The notes beneath the pieces were generated by a model. The model did no database searches and was not told where the DNA came from. It was given only the letters and a program-made list of their open reading frames with translations. A stretch of 28,352 bases of DNA from assembly GCA_964469635.1 (NCBI GenBank), contig CAYYCE010000003.1, positions 1-28,352 on the forward strand, in the 5' to 3' direction. Every line of letters starts with the position of its first letter. The first letter of the stretch is position 1. Both the position numbers and the translations under genes were made by a program. Shown in pieces: positions 8,162 through 16,866 of this stretch. Origin of the DNA: an uncultured Kineosporiaceae bacterium (GTDB lineage: Bacteria > Actinomycetota > Actinomycetes > Actinomycetales > Kineosporiaceae).

Positions 8162-9727
8162 GTGTCCCGTCGTCCGCAGCGTCCGCACAAACCACGTCCG
8201 GCCCTCCCGCTGGACGGTGTGAGCCCGGCGCCGCTGGACCCCGAGGTGCCGACCGACGAGGCCACGGGGCTGTCCCGGGTCAACGGCGAGGACATGGCCC
8301 GGGCGCTCTCGGTGCTGGCCGCCGTCCAGGACCTGCCGCCGAACCACGAGGACGCGGTGACCATCCGGCGGGCCACGGCCTCGATCTACAAGCAGTACAA
8401 GCAGGATCGGCGCACCGCCCGCCGCGAGGAGGTCAAGACCGCGGACGCGGCCGTGCTGGCAGCGACCGCCACCGGCAGCCCCCAACGCATCGACGACGAG
8501 ACCGCCGGGATCCCGCTGGTCTCGACCGCACCCGGGGCCAGCGCGGGGGAGTTCCGCCGCGCCCGGCCGTGTTACATCTGCAAGACGGAGTACACCACGG
8601 TCGACGCCTTCTACCACCAGCTCTGCCCGGACTGTGCGGCGATGTCGCACGTCAGGCGCACCGCGCGAACCGATCTCACCGGACGGCGGGCGCTGCTCAC
8701 GGGCGGCCGGGCCAAGATCGGTATGTACATCGCGCTGCGGCTGCTGCGCGACGGGGCTCACACCACCATCACGACGAGATTCCCACAGGACGCCGCCCGC
8801 CGGTTCACCGCCTGCGAGGACTCGGCCGAGTGGCTGGACAGGCTACGGATCGTCGGGATCGACCTGCGGGACCCCTCACAAGTGGTCTCGCTGGCCGAGA
8901 CAGTTGCCGCAGCAGGCGCTTTGGACATCATCGTCAACAACGCCGCGCAGACCGTGCGGCGTTCGCCCGGCGCCTACTCGGCACTGGCGGCCGGGGAGGC
9001 GGAGGCGTTCGTCCCTTCCGGTCCCGGACCCGGACCCGAGGTGCTCACCTTCGACCGGATCAGCGAGGCGCACCCGGCGGCGCTGGCGGGCTCGCTGGCC
9101 AACCATCCGCAACCCATTCTGTCCCGGTCGGTTTCGGGCTCGCAGTGGTCGCGTCTGGCGATGGTGGCGGGTTCGGCGTCGCTGGCCCGACACGAGGCGG
9201 GAACGGCGGTGGACGCCGGGGGACTGATCCCGGACGTCGGCCACGTGAACAGCTGGATCCAGCCGATCGGCGAGGTGGATCCGCTGGAACTGCTCGAGGT
9301 GCAGCTGTGCAACCAGGCAGCCCCCTTCATCCTGGTGAACATGCTCCGGCCGGCGCTGGCGGCCTCACCGGCACGACGCAGGTACGTCGTCAACGTCTCT
9401 GCGATGGAGGGGGTCTTCGAGCGCGGCTACAAGGGGCCGGGGCATCCGCACACCAACATGGCCAAGGCGGCGCTCAACATGATGGTCCGCACCAGTGCGG
9501 CGGAGTTGTTCGAGCACGACCGGGTCCTCATGACCGCCGTGGACACCGGCTGGATCACCGACGAGCGGCCGCATCACACGAAGATCCGGTTGGCCCGCGA
9601 GGGATTCCACGCCCCACTGGACCTGGTGGACGGCGCGGCCCGGGTCTACGACCCCATCGTCCAGGGTGAGGCCGGGGTGGACCTGTACGGGGTGTTCCTC
9701 AAGGACTACCGACCGCATCGGTGGTAG
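8162..9727 (+). CDS. Atypical SDR-family NAD(P)-dependent oxidoreductase with an N-terminal extension and a CxxC...CxxC motif
   Basis: CYICK...LCPDC precedes TDLTGRRALLTGGRAKIG, DLRD, LDIIVNNAAQT, VVNVSAMEG, HTNMAKAALNM and AVDTGWITDE. GTG 8162 lies 6 nt after TACGGT (-10-like, 8150-8155). Confidence 0.88.
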   Translation: MSRRPQRPHKPRPALPLDGVSPAPLDPEVPTDEATGLSRVNGEDMARALSVLAAVQDLPPNHEDAVTIRRATASIYKQYKQDRRTARREEVKTADAAVLAATATGSPQRIDDETAGIPLVSTAPGASAGEFRRARPCYICKTEYTTVDAFYHQLCPDCAAMSHVRRTARTDLTGRRALLTGGRAKIGMYIALRLLRDGAHTTITTRFPQDAARRFTACEDSAEWLDRLRIVGIDLRDPSQVVSLAETVAAAGALDIIVNNAAQTVRRSPGAYSALAAGEAEAFVPSGPGPGPEVLTFDRISEAHPAALAGSLANHPQPILSRSVSGSQWSRLAMVAGSASLARHEAGTAVDAGGLIPDVGHVNSWIQPIGEVDPLELLEVQLCNQAAPFILVNMLRPALAASPARRRYVVNVSAMEGVFERGYKGPGHPHTNMAKAALNMMVRTSAAELFEHDRVLMTAVDTGWITDERPHHTKIRLAREGFHAPLDLVDGAARVYDPIVQGEAGVDLYGVFLKDYRPHRW

Positions 9728-9752
9728 CCGATTCTGGTCCAGTGTTCGGCGC

Positions 9753-9786
9753 GGTGTTCGGTCGGGCGGCATTTCGGCCGAACACC
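9753..9786 (+). terminator. Stem-loop after the SDR gene
   Basis: GGTGTTCGGTCG (9753-9764) pairs with CGGCCGAACACC (9775-9786): 12-bp stem including one G-U, 10-nt loop, 25 nt after the stop. Confidence 0.55.
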
Positions 9787-9906
9787 CGATGAAACGGTTC
9801 TTCGCCGCCGACTGTAACGGCAAGTAGTGTTTCGACTACAGAACGTTGCTATGAGCTTGATCGACCGGCCTGGATCACGTCAAAGCGCCCTCGGGCGCCC
9901 CGAGAC

Positions 9907-9949
9907 CACGGTCGGCGGCGGCGGCCCCCGACGCCCGCCGCCGACCGTG
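9907..9949. terminator. Perfect 15-bp inverted repeat (terminator-like hairpin)
   Basis: CACGGTCGGCGGCGG (9907-9921) and CCGCCGCCGACCGTG (9935-9949) are exact reverse complements. Confidence 0.6.
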
Positions 9950-10035
9950 CTGGCCGGCCCCGGCCGAATCCCGGTTCACACTCCCTCGGTCCGCTTCCCT
10001 GAGCTCACTCCCGGCCGATCCCGGCAGGGGCGGAC

Positions 10036-10063
10036 TCTCAGCGAGTTCCCAGGGTCACCCCAG
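10036..10063 (+). promoter_or_regulatory. Three hexamer direct repeats at an 11-bp period (MprA/OmpR-family-like response-regulator box)
   Basis: TCTCAG (10036), N5, TCCCAG (10047), N5, CCCCAG (10058), ending 33 nt before GTG 10097. Confidence 0.5.
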
Positions 10064-10096
10064 CGCGGGTGGAGGTCGTCCGGCCAGGGTGACCGG

Positions 10097-12103
10097 GTGA
10101 CCTCGACCCTCGATGCCGCATCCTCCGCCGACGTCACGGACGCCCCCCGCCGGTTCACCCCGTGGGGCGGCGAGCGGGTCGCGCTCGCCGGCCTGCTCGC
10201 CGCCACGGCGGCGCTGTACCTGTGGGGCCTGGGGGCCTCCGGCTGGGCCAACTCCTTCTACTCGGCCGCCGTCCAGGCCGGTTCGGTCGGCTGGAAGGCC
10301 TTCTTCTTCGGGTCCTCGGACGCCGCGAACTCGATCACCGTGGACAAGACCCCGCTGTCGCTGTGGGTGATGGTCGCGTCGGTGCGTCTGTTCGGCCTCA
10401 ACTCCTGGAGCATCCTGGTGCCGCAGGCGTTGATGGGGGTGGCCTCCGTCGCCCTGGTCCACGCCACGGTCCGCCGCCGGTTCGGCGCCGCGGCCGCTCT
10501 GATCGCCGGAGCCGTGCTGGCGCTGACTCCGGTCGCCGTCCTGATGTTCCGGTTCAACAACCCCGACGCGCTGCTGGTGCTGCTGATGATCGGGGCTGTA
10601 TACGCGACCCTGCGGGCCCTCGAGACCGCGAGCACCCGGTGGCTCGTTCTCGCCGGTGCCCTGGTGGGCCTGGGCTTCCTGGCCAAGATGCTGCAGGTGT
10701 TCCTGGTTCTGCCCTCGCTGGTCCTGGTCTACCTGGTCGCCGCACCGACCTCGGTGCGCCGCCGGTTGTTCCAGTTGGTCGCCGGGCTCGGAGCCCTCGT
10801 GGTGGCCGGTGGCTGGTGGGTGGTGATCGTGGAGCTCATCCCGGCGTCCGCCCGTCCGTACATCGGTGGGTCGCAGAACAACAGCGTCATCGAACTCGCC
10901 CTCGGCTACAACGGCCTCGGCCGGCTGAACGGCGACGAGACCGGCAGCGTCGGCGGGGGCGGCGGCCGGGGGGGCCCCAACTGGGGCCAGACCGGATGGC
11001 TGCGGATGTTCGGCTCCGAGATCGGCGGGCAGATCGCCTGGCTGCTGCCGGCCGCCCTGGTGCTGCTGGTCGCCGGGCTGTGGCTGCACCGGCGGGCACC
11101 GCGCGGCGACCCGCGGCGGGCCGCCTACCTGGTGTGGGGCGGGTGGCTCCTGGTGCACCTGGCCGTGTTCAGCTACATGGCGGGGATCTTCCACGCCTAC
11201 TACACGGTCGCGCTGGCCCCGGCCATCGGCGCCCTGGTCGGTATGGGGTCCACCGAACTGTGGCGCCGCCGCAGGCATCCCGCCGCGGCGGCCACACTGG
11301 CCCTGACCCTGGCCGTCACCACGCTGTGGGCCTGGCAACTGCTGGGGCGCAGCCCCTCCTTCCACCCCGGCGTCCGCGCGGCCGTGGCGTTCCTCGGTCT
11401 GGCGGCGGCCCTGGGCGTCGCGGTCTCGGGCCGGTTCGGAGGGCGTGCCGTCGGCGCGCTCGGGATCTCGGCGATGCTCGTCGCCCTCACCGGGCCGGCG
11501 GCCTATGCCGTCCAGACGGCCGCCACCCCGCACGGCGGCGCGCTTCCCTCGGCCGGCCCCCAGGTCAGCGGCGGCTTCGGCCCGGGCGGGCGCCGGGGTG
11601 GGCCCGGCGGCGCGGCCGGCTTTCGGCAGGGGGGCGGTCCCCCGGCCGCGGGCGGTCGGGGCTTCGGGCCCCCCGGCGGTGCCGTGGGCGGCGCCCGTCC
11701 CGGTCGCGGCGCCCAGGGCGGCCTGACCCGGGGCGGACTCGGCGGCCTGCTCGATGCCGGTACCCCGAGCGACGCCCTGGTCTCCGCCCTGAGGGAGAAC
11801 GCCTCGCAGTACACCTGGGTGGCCGCCGCCGTCGGATCCAACTCCGCCGCCGGGGTGCAACTGGCCACCGGGCTGCCGGTGATGCCGGTGGGCGGGTTCA
11901 ACGGCAGTGACCCGTCGCCCACGCTGGAACAGTTCCAGCGGTACGTGGCCGCGGGGAGGATCCACTACTTCCTGGGCGGCGGCGGCATGCGGCCCAACGG
12001 CGGCAGCCGGATCTCTTCCGAGATCGCCTCGTGGGTGTCCTCGAACTTCGAGGCGACCACGATCGGCGGCGTCACCGTCTACGACCTGACCCGGGCCGTG
12101 TGA
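10097..12103 (+). CDS. GT-C fold membrane glycosyltransferase (GT39/PMT_2, ArnT- or YkcB-like)
   Basis: WANSFYSAAVQAGS..WKAFFFGSSD...ITVDKTPL, FRFNNPDALL, GLGFLAKMLQ, PYIGGSQNNS..ELALGYNG, FHAYYTVALAP, a Gly-rich loop and PVMPVGGFNGSDPSPTLEQFQ; many TM segments. GTG 10097 is preferred over ORF start 9827. Confidence 0.9.
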   Translation: MTSTLDAASSADVTDAPRRFTPWGGERVALAGLLAATAALYLWGLGASGWANSFYSAAVQAGSVGWKAFFFGSSDAANSITVDKTPLSLWVMVASVRLFGLNSWSILVPQALMGVASVALVHATVRRRFGAAAALIAGAVLALTPVAVLMFRFNNPDALLVLLMIGAVYATLRALETASTRWLVLAGALVGLGFLAKMLQVFLVLPSLVLVYLVAAPTSVRRRLFQLVAGLGALVVAGGWWVVIVELIPASARPYIGGSQNNSVIELALGYNGLGRLNGDETGSVGGGGGRGGPNWGQTGWLRMFGSEIGGQIAWLLPAALVLLVAGLWLHRRAPRGDPRRAAYLVWGGWLLVHLAVFSYMAGIFHAYYTVALAPAIGALVGMGSTELWRRRRHPAAAATLALTLAVTTLWAWQLLGRSPSFHPGVRAAVAFLGLAAALGVAVSGRFGGRAVGALGISAMLVALTGPAAYAVQTAATPHGGALPSAGPQVSGGFGPGGRRGGPGGAAGFRQGGGPPAAGGRGFGPPGGAVGGARPGRGAQGGLTRGGLGGLLDAGTPSDALVSALRENASQYTWVAAAVGSNSAAGVQLATGLPVMPVGGFNGSDPSPTLEQFQRYVAAGRIHYFLGGGGMRPNGGSRISSEIASWVSSNFEATTIGGVTVYDLTRAV

Positions 12104-12191
12104 GCCCCGCCGGCGGTGGGCCCGACCGCGGACGGGTAGCGTTGTCCGGGCACCCTCGAGGTGCCCTCCCACGAACAGTCGAGGATCTTCC

Positions 12192-13214
12192 GTGACGCCT
12201 GGCCCATTCCGTTCCGCCGTCCGCACGCCCCGCACCCCGCGCCGCCGCCGACTGCGGTTCGCCGCGCTGACCGCGGGCCTGCTGGTGCTCGCCGGCTGCG
12301 GCGGGGGGTCGGCGACCACGGCGGAGTCGTCGTCCGCCTCCCCGTCCGCCGCGGCCTCCGCCTCGGCCGAGGCGACCGTGGCGGCCGCCTCGGCACCGGT
12401 GCGCACCACCGCGATCGGGGTGTCGGTCACCGGCGACCTCGGGCAGAAGCCCAAGCTGACCGTGCCCTCCGGGGACGCCCCGAAGGATCTGAAGGTCCAG
12501 GTCCTCGTCCAGGGCGATGGCGCCGTCGTCGCCAAGGGCCAGACGCTGGTCGCGAACTACCTCGGCCAGACCTGGAGCCCCAAGGACGGCGCGGTCAACG
12601 TCTTCGACAACTCCTGGGACCGCTCCTCGCCCGCCGCCTTCCCGATCGGTGTCGGCCAGGTGATCAAGGGCTGGGACGACGGCCTGGTCGGCCAGAAGAT
12701 CGGCTCCCGGGTGCTGCTGTCGATCCCGGCGGCCCTCGCCTACGGCCAGGACGCCTCCACCGGCAACGAGTTGGCCGGACAGTCCCTGCTGTTCGTCGTC
12801 GACATCCTCGGTTCCCTCGCCGCGGACGCCTCGGCCACCGGCACCGCGGCCAAGGACGTCCCCGCCGGATTCCCCAAGGTGGACTCCGCCTCCGGCAAGC
12901 AGCCGAAGATCACCTCGGTGTCCGGGGTGGCGACGGACGCGGCCCGGTCGACCCTGCTGATCAAGGGCTCGGGCGAGGCGATCGACCCGGCGAGGTACCT
13001 GGCACTGCAGTTCGTCCAGACCGACACCGCCACCGGCAAACAGACGCAGGGGACCTGGGGACAGGGTGCCGAGGTGGTCGCCGCCTCCGCCGTGCTCACC
13101 GTGGCGGATGCGCTGCAGGGCCAGAACGTGGGCAGCCGGGTCCTGGCGGTCACCAAGGACGAGGAGAACAGCCCCAGTCTGGTCGTCGTGATCGACGTCA
13201 TCGGACAGTACTGA
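12192..13214 (+). CDS. FKBP-type peptidyl-prolyl cis-trans isomerase, lipoprotein
   Basis: Arg-rich n-region, lipobox LAGC, Ser/Thr/Ala-rich linker, FKBP domain (GDG..V..G..LVANYLGQ...FDNSWDR...GQVIKGWDDGLVG..IGSRVLLSIPAALAYG) and a degenerate second FKBP-like segment. The exact start is uncertain. Confidence 0.9.
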   Translation: MTPGPFRSAVRTPRTPRRRRLRFAALTAGLLVLAGCGGGSATTAESSSASPSAAASASAEATVAAASAPVRTTAIGVSVTGDLGQKPKLTVPSGDAPKDLKVQVLVQGDGAVVAKGQTLVANYLGQTWSPKDGAVNVFDNSWDRSSPAAFPIGVGQVIKGWDDGLVGQKIGSRVLLSIPAALAYGQDASTGNELAGQSLLFVVDILGSLAADASATGTAAKDVPAGFPKVDSASGKQPKITSVSGVATDAARSTLLIKGSGEAIDPARYLALQFVQTDTATGKQTQGTWGQGAEVVAASAVLTVADALQGQNVGSRVLAVTKDEENSPSLVVVIDVIGQY

Positions 13215-13227
13215 CCGGAACCGATCG

Positions 13228-16083
13228 GTGGCCCAGGGCGCTGCCACCCGCCGGGTGGGCGAGGCCGAGGAACTGGCCGCCGCGTTGCGGCGTTCCGGCC
13301 TCGCGGAGGTGACGACCGGGACCGCCCGCCGCGCGCAGTACTCCTCCGACGCCTCGCTCTACCGGGTGGTGCCCCGAGCCGTCGCCTTCCCGCGGCACGT
13401 CGACGAACTCACGGCGGCCGTCGAGGCATGCCGCTCGCTCGGGGTGCCGCTCACCCTGCGCGGCGCCGGCACCTCCATCGCCGGCAACGCCGTCGGCCCG
13501 GGAGTGGTTCTGGACACCAGTCGTCATCTGGACCGGGTCCTCGGGATCGACCCCGAGACGCGGACGGCGCGGGTCCAGCCGGGGTGCGTGCTGGCGAGCT
13601 TGCAGGCGGCCGCGGCGCAGCACGGACTGCGTTTCGGGCCGGATCCGTCGACCCACAACCGCGCCACGCTGGGCGGCATGATCGGCAACAACGCCTGCGG
13701 CTCCAGGGCGCTGGGCTACGGACGCACCGCCGACAACGTGGTGGAGCTGCAGGCCGTCACCGGTGCCGGCGGCCGGCTGACCGCGACCGGACCGGACGGG
13801 TGGCCGGCAGGTCTCGACGAGCTGGTGCGCGGCGCGCTGGCCACGATCCGGACCGAGTTCGGCCGCTTCGGCCGGCAGGTCTCCGGCTACTCGATGGAAC
13901 ACCTTCTGCCGGAGAGGGATCCGTCCCTGGCCAGGTTCCTGGTCGGCACCGAGGGCAGCCTGGTGGTGGTCACCGAGGCCACCGTGCGGCTGGTGGCCGC
14001 ACCGACGCGCACCGTGCTCGTGGTGCTCGGCTACCCCGACATGGCGAGCGCCGCCGACGCCGTCCCGCGGTTGCTCGAGCTGGCACCGGTTGCGGTGGAA
14101 GGGCTCGACGCCCGCATCGTGGACGCCGTGCTCGCTCAGCGTGTCGTTCGTGGTGGGGGCCCGATCCCCGACCTGCCGAACGGCAGCGGCTGGCTGCTGG
14201 TCGAGTTGGGCGGCGACGTCGCGGGTGAGTTGGTCGACCGGGCGGGACGTGTGGTCGCCGCGGCCGAGGCCCTCGAGGCCCGGGTGGTCACCGACGCCGG
14301 CGAGGCCGCGGCGCTGTGGCGGATCCGGGAGGACGGCGCCGGGCTGTCGGCGCGCAGCCCCAGGGGGCGGCCGGCCCACGCCGGCTGGGAGGACTCCGCC
14401 GTTCCACCGGCGCGGCTGGGTGCCTACCTGCGCGCCTTCGACGCGCTCCTGGCCGATCACGACCTGTCCGGGATCCCCTACGGTCACTTCGGTGACGGGT
14501 GCCTGCACATCCGGCTCGACCTCCCCCTGGAGGGCCGCGACGGCAGGGCCGCCCTGCGCTCCTTCCTCACCGACGCGGCCCGGCTGGTGGCCGCCCACGG
14601 CGGGTCGATGTCGGGTGAACACGGGGACGGCCGGGCCCGCAGCGAGCTGCTGCCGCTGATGTACTCGCCCGGGGCGCTGTCGCTGTTCCCCGACGTGAAG
14701 CGGGTCTTCGATCCCGACGGCGTGCTCAACCCGGGCATCGTCGTGGACCCGGCTCCGGTGGACGCCGACGTCCGTCTGCTGCAACGGCATTCGGTCTCGG
14801 ACCTGGCCCGCGAGGTACACCGGTGCACCGGGGTCGGCAAGTGCCGGGCGGACATCACCGCCGCGGGCGGCGTGATGTGCCCCTCCTACCGGGCCACCCG
14901 GGACGAGAGGGATTCCACCCGGGGACGGGCGCGGGTGCTGCAGGAGATGGTCAACGGTTCCCTGGTCCGCGGCGGCTGGCGCGCGCCGGAGGTGCACGAG
15001 GCTCTCGATCTGTGCCTGTCCTGCAAGGGCTGTGCCTCGGACTGCCCGACCGGCGTCGACATGGCGGCCTACAAGTCGCAGGTGCTGCATCAGGCCTACC
15101 GGGGACGGCTGCGCCCGCCGGACCACTACGCCCTGGGCTGGCTGCCGCTGTGGGCCCGGATGGCGACCGCCTCGTCCCGCGGGGCCGCGGCCGCCAACCG
15201 GCTGCTGGCCGTGCCGCGCGTGGCCTCGGCCCTCAAGCGGGCGGGGCGCATCGACTCCCGCCGTCCGTTGCCGGCGTTCGCCACCCGGACCTTCCGCGAC
15301 TGGTTCGCCGGGCACACCCCCGCCGCCGGGGGACGGCCGGTGCTGCTGTGGGCGGACACCTTCACCAACCATTTCGCGCCGCAGGTCGCGGTCGCGGCGG
15401 TCCGGTTGCTCGAGGCCGCGGGGTTCTCGGTGCGGCTCACCGCGCGGGACGAGTGCTGCGGCCTGACCTGGATCTCGACCGGTCAACGGTCGGTGGCCGC
15501 CCGGTTGCTGGAGCGCAGCATCAGGGCCGTCGAGGACGCCGCGGCCCAGCAGATTCCGGCGGTCGGCCTGGAACCGTCGTGCACCGCGGTGTTCCGCGAC
15601 GACGCCGCCGCCCTGGTCGGTCGCACCGTGCGGGTGCACACCCTGGCCGAGTTGCTCGCCGAGGCCGATCCGAGGCTGCTGCCCCGGCTCGACGGTCTCT
15701 CGGCGGTGGCGCAGCCGCATTGCCACCAGCACGCGGTGATGGGCTGGCAGCCGGACGCCGCATTGCTCGCCGGGGCGGGGGCCGACGTCCGGCCGGTGGG
15801 TGGCTGCTGCGGGCTCGCGGGGAACTTCGGCGTCGTGAAGGGGCACTACGACGTCTCGGTGAAGGTGGCCGAGACCGCTCTGCTGCCCGCAGTCCGCCGG
15901 TTGGATCGGGAGGTGCCGGACGGCGTGCTGCTCGCGGACGGGTTCTCCTGCCGTACCCAACTCGAGGCCCTCACCGGCCGCCGGGCCCGGCATCTGGCCG
16001 AGGTGCTGGCCGACCGTCTCCCCCCTCGCGACCGGTCGCCCTCGGTCCCCGGATGCGGCTCCCGCCGAAGCACCACTGGGTGA
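13228..16083 (+). CDS. FAD-binding and (Fe-S)-binding oxidoreductase (GlcD/YdiJ-like FAD-linked oxidase fused to 4Fe-4S and CCG domains)
   Basis: YSSDASLY, RGAGTSIAGNAVG, FGPDPST..RATLGGMIGNNACG, GTEGSL, GHFGDGCLH, SGEHGDGRARSE, LNPGI, CTGVGKC, MCPSY, CLSCKGCASDCP, and two CCG motifs (ECCG, GCCGLAG). Confidence 0.93.
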   Translation: MAQGAATRRVGEAEELAAALRRSGLAEVTTGTARRAQYSSDASLYRVVPRAVAFPRHVDELTAAVEACRSLGVPLTLRGAGTSIAGNAVGPGVVLDTSRHLDRVLGIDPETRTARVQPGCVLASLQAAAAQHGLRFGPDPSTHNRATLGGMIGNNACGSRALGYGRTADNVVELQAVTGAGGRLTATGPDGWPAGLDELVRGALATIRTEFGRFGRQVSGYSMEHLLPERDPSLARFLVGTEGSLVVVTEATVRLVAAPTRTVLVVLGYPDMASAADAVPRLLELAPVAVEGLDARIVDAVLAQRVVRGGGPIPDLPNGSGWLLVELGGDVAGELVDRAGRVVAAAEALEARVVTDAGEAAALWRIREDGAGLSARSPRGRPAHAGWEDSAVPPARLGAYLRAFDALLADHDLSGIPYGHFGDGCLHIRLDLPLEGRDGRAALRSFLTDAARLVAAHGGSMSGEHGDGRARSELLPLMYSPGALSLFPDVKRVFDPDGVLNPGIVVDPAPVDADVRLLQRHSVSDLAREVHRCTGVGKCRADITAAGGVMCPSYRATRDERDSTRGRARVLQEMVNGSLVRGGWRAPEVHEALDLCLSCKGCASDCPTGVDMAAYKSQVLHQAYRGRLRPPDHYALGWLPLWARMATASSRGAAAANRLLAVPRVASALKRAGRIDSRRPLPAFATRTFRDWFAGHTPAAGGRPVLLWADTFTNHFAPQVAVAAVRLLEAAGFSVRLTARDECCGLTWISTGQRSVAARLLERSIRAVEDAAAQQIPAVGLEPSCTAVFRDDAAALVGRTVRVHTLAELLAEADPRLLPRLDGLSAVAQPHCHQHAVMGWQPDAALLAGAGADVRPVGGCCGLAGNFGVVKGHYDVSVKVAETALLPAVRRLDREVPDGVLLADGFSCRTQLEALTGRRARHLAEVLADRLPPRDRSPSVPGCGSRRSTTG

Positions 16084-16093
16084 ACGGCCTCGT

Positions 16094-16858
16094 TCACTCA
16101 GACAGACGCGTCCTCCCTGAGCGATCGCCGCTCAGATGGGCGGCGAAGAAGGCCTCGATCCGTCGCCAGGCGTGTTCGGCGGAGTCCGGGTGCGGTCCGG
16201 TGGCGGTGGCGCGGAACACGGGGCGCAACACCGCCGGGCCGTTGGCGGTGGAATTGAGGAAGGAATGGCCCGCACGGGGGTATTCGAGGACGTCGTGCAC
16301 CACGTCGGCTCGGGTCAGCGCCGCTTCGACCCGTGCGGCCACCCCGCGCAGGCCGACGTCCCGGCCCCCGTAGCTGGCCACCACGGGACAGGCTCCGGCC
16401 ATCGCGGCGTCGAGGTCCTTGGGGACGCCGGCGCCGTAGTTCACCGCGCTGGCCTCGAATCCCCGGGAGGCCCCGATGAGCGCGAACCCGCCGCCCAGGC
16501 AGAACCCGATGACCCCGATCCGGCCGGTGCACTCGGGTGAGGCGATCAGCCATCGCCGAGCCGCCTCGAGGTCGGCGAACGGGCGTCCCTGACCGGCGAG
16601 CAGTGCACGGAAGGTCGACACGACACACCGGCGCGCCCCGCCGTCGCTGTACAGGTCGGGAATCAGCGTCAGGTAGCCCATCGCGGCGAGCCGATCGGCG
16701 TGACGGCGCATCTCGTCGTCCAGTCCGAAGGCCTCGAAGACCAGCACGACCCCCGGCCAGGGTGCGGGATGCGTCGCGGCGGCGGGGGTGGCGAGATGGC
16801 CGCGCAGGGCCGTGGACCGTCCGGGGACCTCGATCGAGGTGAGATCGACGTTCGTCAT
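16094..16858 (-). CDS. Dienelactone hydrolase family protein
   Basis: PWPGVVLVFEAFGLDDEMRRHADRLAAMGY...PDLY, nucleophile motif GVIGFCLGGGF, ACPVVASYGGRD and YPRAGHSF. ATG at 16858 lies inside the listed 16094..17854 ORF. Confidence 0.93.
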   Translation of the reverse strand: MTNVDLTSIEVPGRSTALRGHLATPAAATHPAPWPGVVLVFEAFGLDDEMRRHADRLAAMGYLTLIPDLYSDGGARRCVVSTFRALLAGQGRPFADLEAARRWLIASPECTGRIGVIGFCLGGGFALIGASRGFEASAVNYGAGVPKDLDAAMAGACPVVASYGGRDVGLRGVAARVEAALTRADVVHDVLEYPRAGHSFLNSTANGPAVLRPVFRATATGPHPDSAEHAWRRIEAFFAAHLSGDRSGRTRLSE

Positions 16859-16866
16859 GGCCCGAG

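Noticed and set aside
9962-9980. GCCGAATCCCG resembling the 5' start of actinobacterial c-di-AMP (ydaO) riboswitches
   Set aside because: The downstream conserved elements I would expect (GGAACCGGGGAACC..., GGGGTGAA) are absent, so only a short chance match remains.
11560-11760. Gly/Pro/Arg-rich low-complexity stretch in the GT39 gene
   Set aside because: It is in frame, and Gly-rich loops are a usual feature of this glycosyltransferase subfamily. It is not a separate repeat element.
12148-12166. GGGCACC-CTCGA-GGTGCCC hairpin sharing ends with the 23-bp palindrome
   Set aside because: It is only 19 bp and lacks the ACGT core, the second unit and the tail. It is not counted as a fourth copy.
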